Assembly (NCBI GenBank): GCA_012512925.1
Contig: JAAZDE010000119.1
Span: forward strand, 299 to 64,298
Direction of reading: 5' to 3'
Length of the DNA: 64,000 bases
Source of the DNA: Desulfuromonadaceae bacterium
GTDB taxonomy: Bacteria; Desulfobacterota; Desulfuromonadia; Desulfuromonadales; JAAYDE01
Shown here: one piece after another, positions 56,339-64,000 of the stretch
Position numbering within the stretch: the first letter of the stretch is position 1
Layout of the letters: every line of letters starts with the position of its first letter
The notes under the pieces: model-generated
The model's input: the letters and a program-made list of their open reading frames with translations, nothing else
What the model was told of the DNA's origin: nothing
Database searches by the model: none
Program-made: the position numbers and the translations under genes

Positions 56339-57415
56339 ATGGCAGTTCACAGCAAAACATGGCTGATCCGTTTGGCATGGGGAGCAGCGATCCTGGGCGT
56401 GGCGTCTCTCGTGGTCTGGCAGTTTTTGCCGGGCAAGGGAGAGGATGAGAATATCGCCAGCGGCAACGGGCGCATCGAGGCCACCGAAATCGACGTGGCG
56501 GCCCAATCGGCCGGGCGGATCAAAGCCATTTTCGTCAGGGAGGGGGATTTCGTCACCGCCGGTCAGGTGGTGGCGCAGATGGACACCGATGTCCTCCAGG
56601 CCCAGATTCGTGAAGCCGAAGCCAGACTGCGGCAGGCGGAGGTGGACATCGCCGTGGCCCGCAGCCGGCTGAAGCAGCGGGAAAGCGAAAAAACGGCCGC
56701 CGAGGCTCTGGTGGCGCAGCGCCAGGCGGAACTCACCGCGGCCCGCAAACGCTCCATGCGGACCACCGCCCTGGTGACCGAGGGGGCCGCTTCCCAGCAG
56801 GAGGCGGATGACGACCGGGCCCGCATGCAGAGCTACCAGGCCGCGGTCAGCGCCGCCCGGGCTCAGGTGGCGGCTTCCGAGGCGGCCATCGTCACCGCCC
56901 GTTCCGAGGTGCTCGGCGCCCAGTCGGCCGCCGAAGGGGCCAGGGCCACCATCGAGAAGATTCAGGCCGACCTCACCGACAGCGATCTCAAGGCGCCCCG
57001 CGACGGCCGCGTGCAGTATCTGGTGGCCCAGCCGGGCGAGGTGGTGGGCGCCGGCGGGCGGGTGCTGAACATGGTCGATCTCAGCGATGTCTATATGACC
57101 TTTTTTCTGCCCACCCTTCAGGCGGGACGCCTGGCCATGGGTTCCGAGGTGCGCCTGGTCCTCGACGCGGCGCCCCAGTACGTGATTCCGGCCCATGTCT
57201 CCTACCTTGCCGATGTCGCCCAGTTCACCCCCAAGACGGTGGAGACCGCCAGCGAGCGGGAGAAGCTGATGTTCCGCGTCAAGGCGCAGATTCCCGCCGA
57301 CCTGCTCCGTAAATACATTGTCCACGTCAAGACCGGGCTGCCCGGGATAGCCTACGTGCGGGTTAATCAGCAACTCCCCTGGCCGGCCCATCTGCAGTTG
57401 CAGAAATTGCCCTGA
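56339..57415 (+). CDS. HlyD-family membrane-fusion protein (YhiI/YbhG-like) of an ABC-2 exporter
   Basis: N-terminal TM anchor, coiled-coil region rich in [25 protein letters not shown], and C-terminal [10 protein letters not shown]. Confidence 0.85.
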   Translation: MAVHSKTWLIRLAWGAAILGVASLVVWQFLPGKGEDENIASGNGRIEATEIDVAAQSAGRIKAIFVREGDFVTAGQVVAQMDTDVLQAQIREAEARLRQAEVDIAVARSRLKQRESEKTAAEALVAQRQAELTAARKRSMRTTALVTEGAASQQEADDDRARMQSYQAAVSAARAQVAASEAAIVTARSEVLGAQSAAEGARATIEKIQADLTDSDLKAPRDGRVQYLVAQPGEVVGAGGRVLNMVDLSDVYMTFFLPTLQAGRLAMGSEVRLVLDAAPQYVIPAHVSYLADVAQFTPKTVETASEREKLMFRVKAQIPADLLRKYIVHVKTGLPGIAYVRVNQQLPWPAHLQLQKLP

Positions 57416-57438
57416 ATGACCGGAAACGGGATACCGCA

Positions 57439-60228
57439 ATGAGTGACGACAAGAACCTCGGCGACAGCCCCCGTCCGGCCATCCGTCTTTCCCGGGTCAG
57501 TCTGGCCTACGGCAAGACCCAGGCGCTGAAGGGGGTCGATCTTGAAATTCCGGCCGGCCGGATGGTGGGGCTGATCGGGCCGGACGGGGTCGGCAAGTCG
57601 AGCCTCTTTTCCCTGATCGCCGGCGCCCGGAAGATTCAGGAAGGGCGCGTCGAGGTGCTGGGCGGCGACATGGCGGACCGGCGACACCGCCATGAGGTCT
57701 GCCCGCGGGTGTCCTACATGCCCCAGGGGCTGGGCAGGAACCTTTATGCGACCCTTTCCGTGTTCGAGAACGTCGATTTTTTCGCCCGCCTCTTCGGCCA
57801 CGGCCGCAGTGAGCGGCAGCGGCGCATCGGCGAGCTGCTGGAGGCGACCGGCCTGGCTCCCTTCGCCGACCGGGCCGCCGGCAAGCTTTCCGGGGGGATG
57901 AAGCAGAAGCTCGGCCTCTGCTGCGCCCTCATCCACGATCCCGACCTGCTGCTTCTCGACGAGCCCACCACCGGCGTCGATCCTCTGTCCCGGCGCCAGT
58001 TCTGGGAACTGGTCGAGGGGATCTGCGCCGAGCGCCCCGGCATGAGCGTCCTGGTCGCCACCGCCTACATGGAGGAGGCCCTGCGTTTCAGCTGGCTGGT
58101 GGCCATGGACGGCGGCCAGGTACTGGCCACCGGCTCCCCGCAGGATCTGCTGCGCCGCACCGAAACCGATTCCCTGGAGGAAGCCTTCATCGCCCTGCTG
58201 CCGGAGAGCCGGCGGCAAGGCTACCAACCGGTGACCATTCCCCCCCGTCAGGAAAGCCATGACAGCGAGATCGCCATCGAGGCCCGGGATCTGACCAAGC
58301 GCTTCGCCGCTTTCACCGCCGTCGACCATGTCGGTTTCCGCATCGGCCGCGGGGAGATCTTCGGTTTCCTGGGTTCCAACGGCTGCGGCAAGACCACCAC
58401 CATGAAGATGCTCACCGGTCTGCTGCCGGCCAGCGAGGGAGAGGCCTGGCTGTTCGGCAAAAAGGTCGATCCCCACGATCTGGAAACCCGCCGCCGGGTC
58501 GGCTACATGTCCCAGGCCTTTTCCCTGTACAGCGAACTGACCGTCCGCCAGAACCTGGACCTGCACGCCCGCCTGTTCCGGTTGCCCGGCGACACCATCC
58601 CGGCCCGGGTCGACGAAATGGCCGGGCGTTTCGGGTTGACGGAAGTGATTGACGCCCTGCCCGACGGCCTGCCTCTCGGCGTGCGCCAGCGGCTGTCGCT
58701 GGCGGTGGCCATGATCCACGGCCCGGAGATGCTGATCCTCGACGAGCCGACCTCGGGGGTCGATCCGGTGGCCCGCGACGCCTTCTGGCAGATCATGGTC
58801 GACCTGGCCCGCAAGGATCGGGTGACCATCTTCATCTCCACCCATTTCATGAACGAGGCGGAGCGCTGCGACCGCATTTCCCTGATGCATGCCGGCAAGG
58901 TTCTGGTCAGCGACACGCCGCAAAATCTCAAGGAGAAGCGGGGGGCGGCCAGCCTCGACGAGGCCTTCATCGCCTATCTGGAAGAAGCCGCCGGAGCAGC
59001 GACAGCGGAAAGTCCGGAACCGGTCGGTGCGGCCCTGTCTCTCCAGGCCCCGACCCCGCCTGCGGACCACGGGGACGAGGCGCGCCGCAGCGGCCGCCGC
59101 TGGTTCAGCCTGCGGCGCATGTCCAGCTACATGCGCCGCGAGGGGCTGGAACTGCGCCGCGATCCGATCCGCTTGACCTTGGCCCTGCTCGGGTGCGTGA
59201 TCCTGATGTTCGTGATGGGCTACGGGATCAACATGGATGTCGAGGATCTCACCTTCGCCGTCCTCGACCGCGACCAGACCACCACCAGCCGGGATTACAC
59301 CCTCAGCCTGTCCGGGTCGCGCTATTTCAATGAACGTCCGCCGCTGGCCGGCTATGACGACCTGGACCGGCGCATGCGCGCCGGCGAGATCAGCCTGGCC
59401 ATCGAGATCCCTCCCGGCTTCGGCCGGGACATCGCCCGCGGCACGCCGGTGGCGGTGGGCGCCTGGATCGACGGCGCCATGCCCCAGCGCGCCGAAACGG
59501 TGCGCGGTTACGCGCAGGGCATCCATAACCACTGGCTGACCAGCCGCGCCCGGGAGGCCTACGGTTCGGCGGCCGTGGCCGGTCTGGCCGACATCGAAAC
59601 CCGCTTCCGCTACAATCCGGACAACAAGAGCCTGGTGGCCATGGTGCCGGCGGTGATTCCGCTGCTGCTGATGCTGATTCCGGCCATTCTGGCGGCGCTG
59701 TCGGTGGTCCGCGAGAAGGAACTGGGTTCCATCGTCAATTTCTATGTCACCCCGGTGACCCGCCTCGAGTTCCTCCTGGGCAAGCAGATTCCCTATGTGC
59801 TGCTGGCCATGGTCAGCTTCTTCATGCTGGTGCTGCTGGCGGTCACCGTCTTCGGCGTGCCCCTCAAGGGGAGTTTCCTGACCCTGACCGCCGGGGCCCT
59901 GCTCTATGTCATCTCGGCCACCGCCATCGGCCTGCTGATCTCCACCTTCATGAAGAGCCAGATCGCCGCCATCTTCGGCACCGCCGTGCTCACCATCCTG
60001 CCGGCGACCCAGTTCTCGGGGATGATCGACCCGGTCTCCTCCCTGGAGGGGGGCGGGGCGCTCTTCGGCCAAATCTATCCCACCACCTATTTTCTGATCA
60101 TCGCCCGCGGCACCTTCTCCAAGGCGCTCCATCTGCCCGACCTCTACGCTTCCTTTGTCCCCCTGCTGATCGCCGCGCCGGTGCTGATCCTGCTGTGCGC
60201 CGCCCTGCTGCGGAAACAGGAGCGTTGA
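57439..60228 (+). CDS. Fused double ABC ATPase plus ABC-2 permease (YhiH/RbbA-like)
   Basis: Two nucleotide-binding domains: Walker [10 protein letters not shown] and GSNGCGKTT, signatures LSGGMKQKL and LPLGVRQRL, Walker B LLLLDEPT and [10 protein letters not shown]-terminal ~370-aa six-TM ABC-2 membrane domain follows. Confidence 0.9.
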   Translation: MSDDKNLGDSPRPAIRLSRVSLAYGKTQALKGVDLEIPAGRMVGLIGPDGVGKSSLFSLIAGARKIQEGRVEVLGGDMADRRHRHEVCPRVSYMPQGLGRNLYATLSVFENVDFFARLFGHGRSERQRRIGELLEATGLAPFADRAAGKLSGGMKQKLGLCCALIHDPDLLLLDEPTTGVDPLSRRQFWELVEGICAERPGMSVLVATAYMEEALRFSWLVAMDGGQVLATGSPQDLLRRTETDSLEEAFIALLPESRRQGYQPVTIPPRQESHDSEIAIEARDLTKRFAAFTAVDHVGFRIGRGEIFGFLGSNGCGKTTTMKMLTGLLPASEGEAWLFGKKVDPHDLETRRRVGYMSQAFSLYSELTVRQNLDLHARLFRLPGDTIPARVDEMAGRFGLTEVIDALPDGLPLGVRQRLSLAVAMIHGPEMLILDEPTSGVDPVARDAFWQIMVDLARKDRVTIFISTHFMNEAERCDRISLMHAGKVLVSDTPQNLKEKRGAASLDEAFIAYLEEAAGAATAESPEPVGAALSLQAPTPPADHGDEARRSGRRWFSLRRMSSYMRREGLELRRDPIRLTLALLGCVILMFVMGYGINMDVEDLTFAVLDRDQTTTSRDYTLSLSGSRYFNERPPLAGYDDLDRRMRAGEISLAIEIPPGFGRDIARGTPVAVGAWIDGAMPQRAETVRGYAQGIHNHWLTSRAREAYGSAAVAGLADIETRFRYNPDNKSLVAMVPAVIPLLLMLIPAILAALSVVREKELGSIVNFYVTPVTRLEFLLGKQIPYVLLAMVSFFMLVLLAVTVFGVPLKGSFLTLTAGALLYVISATAIGLLISTFMKSQIAAIFGTAVLTILPATQFSGMIDPVSSLEGGGALFGQIYPTTYFLIIARGTFSKALHLPDLYASFVPLLIAAPVLILLCAALLRKQER

Positions 60229-60230
60229 CC

Positions 60231-61352
60231 ATGCGCCTTTCCCACATCTGGAACCTGGGGATCAAGGAACTGCGCAGCCTCGGTCGCGATCCGATGCTGC
60301 TGTTCCTGATCGTCTACGTGTTCACGGCAGGGGTCTATTCCCGGGCCACGGCCATGCCCGAATCGCTGCACAAGGCGCCGATCGCCATCGTCGACGAGGA
60401 CCGCTCCCCGCTCTCCAACCGCATCGTCGGCGCTTTTTACCCCCCCTACTTTCTGCCGCCGGAGATGATCACCCGCGGCGAGATGGACGCCGGCATGGAC
60501 GCCGGCCGCTACACCTTCGCCCTCAACATCCCGTCGGGTTTCCAGCGGGATGTCCTGGCCGGCCGCCGGCCCGCCGTCCAACTCAACGTCGACGCCACCC
60601 GCATGAGCCAGGCCTACACCGGCAGCGGCTACATCCAGACGATCGTCGCCGGCGAGGTGGATACCTTCATGAAGAGCCACCGGGCGGCGGCCAAGCTTCC
60701 GGTCGAGCTCTCGCTGCGGTCGCGGTTCAATCCTCTCCTCGACCAGTCCTGGTTCGGCGCCGTCATGGAGGTGATCAACAACGTCACCCTGCTGGCCATC
60801 GTGCTGACCGGCGCGGCGCTGATCCGCGAACGGGAGCACGGCACCATCGAGCATCTGCTGGTGATGCCGGTCACCCCCTTCGAGATCATGCTGAGCAAGG
60901 TCTGGACCATGGCCCTGGTGGTCCTGGCGGCTACCGCCTTTTCGTTGCTTTTCGTCGTCGAGGGGGCCCTGTCGGTGCCGATCGAGGGGTCGCTGCCGCT
61001 TTTTCTGGCGGGCACGGCCCTGCATCTTTTCGCCACCACCTCGATGGGGATTTTTCTCGGCACCGTGACCCGCTCGATGCCCCAGTTCGGCCTGCTGCTG
61101 ATGCTGGTCCTGCTGCCGCTGCAGATGCTCTCCGGAGGCATGACGCCGCGGGAGAGCATGCCCGAGATGGTCCAGTACCTGATGATGGCGGCCCCCACCA
61201 CCCATTTCGTCTCCTTCGCCCAGGCCATTCTCTTCCGCGGCGCCGGCCTGGCCGTGGTGTGGCCGCAATTCGCCGCTCTGGCGGTGATCGGCGCTGTTCT
61301 GTTCGGTTTTTCCCTTGGCTATTTTCGCAAATCTCTGGCAAGTATTGGATGA
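60231..61352 (+). CDS. ABC-2 type transporter permease (YhhJ-like)
   Basis: ATG at 60231, 3 nt after the upstream stop. MRLSHIWNLGIKELRSLGRDPMLLFLIVY, REREHGTIEHLLVMPV, six TM helices. Confidence 0.88.
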   Translation: MRLSHIWNLGIKELRSLGRDPMLLFLIVYVFTAGVYSRATAMPESLHKAPIAIVDEDRSPLSNRIVGAFYPPYFLPPEMITRGEMDAGMDAGRYTFALNIPSGFQRDVLAGRRPAVQLNVDATRMSQAYTGSGYIQTIVAGEVDTFMKSHRAAAKLPVELSLRSRFNPLLDQSWFGAVMEVINNVTLLAIVLTGAALIREREHGTIEHLLVMPVTPFEIMLSKVWTMALVVLAATAFSLLFVVEGALSVPIEGSLPLFLAGTALHLFATTSMGIFLGTVTRSMPQFGLLLMLVLLPLQMLSGGMTPRESMPEMVQYLMMAAPTTHFVSFAQAILFRGAGLAVVWPQFAALAVIGAVLFGFSLGYFRKSLASIG

Positions 61353-61399
61353 GGAAATAGCGATTGTTCCGATCCTTTGACCGTCCGTGAGAGGTTTCA

Positions 61400-61927
61400 T
61401 TGAAAAAAGAAGAACTGTTCGAGAAATCGTCGCTTAATTTCAGAAACATGGCCGATTCTCTGATCGCCTCCAGGGATGAAGGGGCCCTGTCGGAGGACGC
61501 CCGGCAGATTCTGGAGGATCTGCTGAGCGAGCCGCAGATGGAGTCGGTGCTGAAGTACCTGACCCTGAAACGATACGCGGCGGGGGATGTGCTCTGGGAG
61601 GAGGGGGATGGCGATGTGTCGCTGGCGCTGATCCTGTCCGGCCGGGTGAGCCTGATGAAGGAGACGGAAATCGCCGGCAAGCAGGTGGTCGTCGGCGTTT
61701 TCACACCGGTGACGCTGGTGGGGGAGATCGAATTCGTCGACGGGCGGCCCCGCTCCATGACCGCCCGTTCCCTGACCGATGCCGAAGTGGTGCTGCTGCC
61801 CCGGAAGAACTTCAGCGCCCTGGTCAGCGACGCGCCCAAGGTCGGGGAGCGGGTTACCCGAGGGCTTCTCCAGCTTCTGGCGACCCGCCTGCGGACCTCC
61901 TATGAGCGGATTGCGGCGATTTTTTAG
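61400..61927 (+). CDS. Stand-alone cyclic-nucleotide-binding domain protein (no DNA-binding domain)
   Basis: cNMP-binding beta-barrel: YAAGDVLWEEGDGDVSLALILSGRVSLMKE...VGEIEFVDGRPRSMTARSLTDAEVVLLPRKNF. Start is the TTG at 61400 or the ATG at 61448. Confidence 0.75.
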   Translation: MKKEELFEKSSLNFRNMADSLIASRDEGALSEDARQILEDLLSEPQMESVLKYLTLKRYAAGDVLWEEGDGDVSLALILSGRVSLMKETEIAGKQVVVGVFTPVTLVGEIEFVDGRPRSMTARSLTDAEVVLLPRKNFSALVSDAPKVGERVTRGLLQLLATRLRTSYERIAAIF

Positions 61928-61930
61928 GCC

Positions 61931-62119
61931 AGTGACGAGTGACGAGTGACAAGTGACAAGTGACGAGTGACGAGTGACGAGTGGCGGGGTAAAAGCGGCT
62001 TGTGGCTCGTAGCTTGTAGCTCGTGGCTCGTGGTTCTTGGCTCGTAGTTCGTAGCTCGTGGCTCGTGGTTATAAACTTAAAACCTAAAACCTGAAACTTA
62101 AAACCTTTAAACTGAAACT
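61931..62119 (+). repeat. Composite heptanucleotide array: three abutting blocks with different 7-nt units
   Basis: Block A 61931-61986: AGTGACG/AGTGACA x8. Block B 61998-62067: GCTCGTG/GCTCGTA/GCTTGTA/GTTCGTA x10. Block C 62071-62119: TAAAACC/TGAAACT x7. All read directly from the sequence. Confidence 0.95.
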
Positions 62120-62214
62120 CCGGATCGGCCCGCCGGGAAACAATCGTTGACATTTGTCTTTTTTTTGGCCTTAATGACTATAAAATTGATCTTATTTATG
62201 GGAGTCGGCAGAAG

Positions 62215-62670
62215 ATGAAGATTACCTACAAAGGGGACTACGCGCTGAAGGCCATTCTCCATCTGGCCCGGCGCTACGACGGGGGGAGCGTCGTTCCCAT
62301 CAGCGAGATCGCCCTGGCCAACGACATCCCCCGCAAGTTTCTCGAACAGATCATGCTGCTTCTGAAAGGGGCCGGCCTGGTCGACAGCCGGCGCGGCGTC
62401 GGCGGCGGATTTTTCCTCCGCAAGCCTCCCGGCGAGATTCTCCTGGGCGAGGTGGTGCGGCTCGTCGAAGGGGACATCGAGCCGATCGCCTGCGCCAAGA
62501 CGCCACCGGAACCCTGTTGCGCGGAGATCGGCAGCTGCGTCTTTCGGGAGATCTGGGTGGAAGTCACGGCGGCGGTTTCAGAAATCGTCGATCATCTGAC
62601 TTTCGCCGACATCCTTCGCCGCCAGGAGCAAATGAAGGCTTCGGCGGACAGCTATACCTACGAAATATAA
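62215..62670 (+). CDS. Rrf2-family transcriptional regulator with candidate Fe-S cysteine cluster
   Basis: MKITYKGDYALKAILHLARRYDGGSVVPISEIALANDIPRKFLEQIMLLLKGAGLVDSRRGVGGGFFL. Cys pattern C-x7-CC-x5-C (CAKTPPEPCCAEIGSC). Confidence 0.88.
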   Translation: MKITYKGDYALKAILHLARRYDGGSVVPISEIALANDIPRKFLEQIMLLLKGAGLVDSRRGVGGGFFLRKPPGEILLGEVVRLVEGDIEPIACAKTPPEPCCAEIGSCVFREIWVEVTAAVSEIVDHLTFADILRRQEQMKASADSYTYEI

Positions 62671-62682
62671 AGGAGAACGATC

Positions 62683-63939
62683 ATGGCCGAAAAATCCTAC
62701 GGTTTTGAGACCCTGGCCCTGCACGCGGGGCAGGAACCCGATCCCGCCACCCTGGCCCGGGCGGTGCCGGTCTGCCGCAGCTGTTCCTTCGTCTTCCGCG
62801 ACACCGATCACGCCGCCAACCTGTTCGCCCTCAAAGAGCCGGGGAACATCTACACCCGCCTCGGCAACCCCACCCAGGAGGTGCTGGAAAAACGCGTGGC
62901 GGCGCTGGAAGGGGGGGCGGCGGCGCTGGCCCTGGCCTCGGGGACCTCGGCCATCTTCTACGCCGTCATCAATATTCTGGAGGCCGGCGATGAACTGGTT
63001 TCGGCCAACAACCTCTACGGCGGCACCTACACCATGTTCAACAACATCCTCCCCCAGTTCGGCATCCGCACCCGCTTCGTCGACCCGACCAGGCCGGAGG
63101 AGTTCGACCGGGCGGTCACGGAGCGGACCCGGGCCCTCTACATCGAAACCATCGGCAATCCGGCCCTGGGCGTCACCGACATCGAGGCGGTGGCCCAGGT
63201 CGCCCGCAAACACCATCTGCCGCTGATCGTCGATTCCACCTTCACCACCCCCTATCTGCTGCGCCCCATCGAGCACGGCGCCGACATCGTGGTCCACTCC
63301 CTGACCAAGTGGCTGGGCGGGCACGGCACCGCCATCGGCGGCATCGTCGTCGATGCGGGGAAATTCGACTGGACCGATCCCAAATTCACCCTCTACAACC
63401 GGCCCGACGAAAGCTACCACGGGGTGCGCTACGCCCACGATCTCGGCGACCTCAATCCGCCGGCCTTCGACGTGCGCCTGCGCCTGGTGCCGCTGCGCAA
63501 TCTGGGCGCCTGCATCTCCCCGGACAACGCCTGGATGTTCCTGCAGGGGATCGAGACCCTGCCGCTGCGCATGGAGCGCCACTGCGAAAACGCCCTGGCC
63601 GTGGCCCGCCATCTGGAGCGGCATCCGAAAGTGGCCTGGGTCCGTTATCCCGGCCTGGACCAGGATCCGTCCCACGCCGTGGCGCGCAGATATCTGGCAA
63701 AGGGCTTCGGCGGCATGGTGGTCTTCGGCGCCCAGGGAGGCTACGAGGCCGGCAAGAGCTTCATCAACCACCTGCGCCTCTTCTCCCACCTGGCCAATGT
63801 CGGCGACGCCAAGAGCCTGGCCCTGCACCCGGCCAGCACCTCCCACTCCCAGCTCAGCGAGGAGGATCAGAAGGCGGGAGGCCTGAGCCCGGAGCTGGTG
63901 CGGCTGTCCATCGGCCTGGAGTCGATCGGGGATATCCTC
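62683..63939 (+). CDS. metY: O-acetylhomoserine (thiol)-lyase / sulfhydrylase, 3' end replaced by fold-back sequence
   Basis: This ORF is not in the supplied track because it has no stop before the window end. ATG at 62683 after AAGGAG. My translation is MAEKSYGFETLALHAGQEPDPATLARAVPVCRSCSFVFRDTDHAANLFALKEPGNIYTRLGNPTQEVLEKRVAALEGG... and near the end ...GLSPELVRLSIGLESIGDIL. After codon 419 the sequence becomes the reverse complement of itself. Confidence 0.85.
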
Positions 63940-64000
63940 GAGGATATCCCCGATCGACTCCAGGCCGATGGACAGCCGCACCAGCTCCGGGCTCAGGCCT
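63879..64000. repeat. Perfect inverted repeat (fold-back palindrome) centred between 63939 and 63940 on CTCGAG, running to the window edge
   Basis: I checked all 61 base pairs: position 63939-k is complementary to 63940+k for k=0..60 with no mismatch. The palindrome is limited only by the window end. Confidence 0.97.

Noticed and set aside
44242-62119. Possibility that the repeat arrays are CRISPR arrays.
   Set aside because: The units are 7 nt and directly tandem with no unique spacers, and no cas genes are present in the window.
1-64000. Mobile elements, prophage, integrons, toxin-antitoxin, restriction-modification or other defence islands.
   Set aside because: I saw no transposase, integrase, recombinase, phage structural, reverse-transcriptase, nuclease/helicase defence or small paired TA-like genes. 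The THUMP methyltransferase is an RNA-modifying type, not part of an R-M system.

Overview
GC-rich bacterial chromosomal segment (GC content not computed). The gene content and local synteny look like a Desulfuromonadales or Geobacter-like deltaproteobacterium: system II cytochrome c biogenesis (resB/ccsA), a large PAS/GAF/GGDEF/EAL signalling protein, a sigma-54-type promoter, and the run ndk-rlmN-mtnP. This taxonomic call is inference only. I support about 50 protein-coding genes, almost all housekeeping or transport. They cover purine synthesis (purE, purD, purH), a thiamine operon behind a clear TPP riboswitch (thiE-thiD fusion and thiC), rpsU, msrAB, fba, alr, ndk, rlmN and nucleoside/MTA phosphorylases. 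The transport genes are a livKHMGF-type amino-acid ABC transporter, a TetR-controlled RND tripartite efflux pump, a HlyD/RbbA/YhhJ-like ABC-2 exporter, a P-type ATPase, mntP, two AI-2E family transporters, and rrf2-metY at the right edge. I found no rRNA, tRNA, CRISPR, transposase, integrase or phage genes, and I did not find a convincing novel multi-gene system. Several signals remain unexplained by ordinary annotation. (1) STRR-like tandem heptanucleotide arrays occur in three intergenic regions; two carry reverse-complementary units and bracket a 12-kb transporter block, and one is a three-block array. (2) A perfect fold-back palindrome centred on CTCGAG runs into the right window edge and cuts metY short, most likely an assembly or cloning artefact but worth checking. 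(3) A +1 frameshift at a G8 tract splits an alginate-export-like outer-membrane protein gene. (4) A perfect 20-bp palindrome followed by T8 sits in the tetR/RND leader. (5) An AT-rich, hairpin-rich 570-bp spacer ending in a terminator-like hairpin lies just upstream of the GGDEF/EAL gene. (6) A few conserved-looking unknown proteins are embedded in salvage and transport neighbourhoods. Many very long ORFs in the supplied track are antisense shadow ORFs typical of GC-rich DNA and were rejected.
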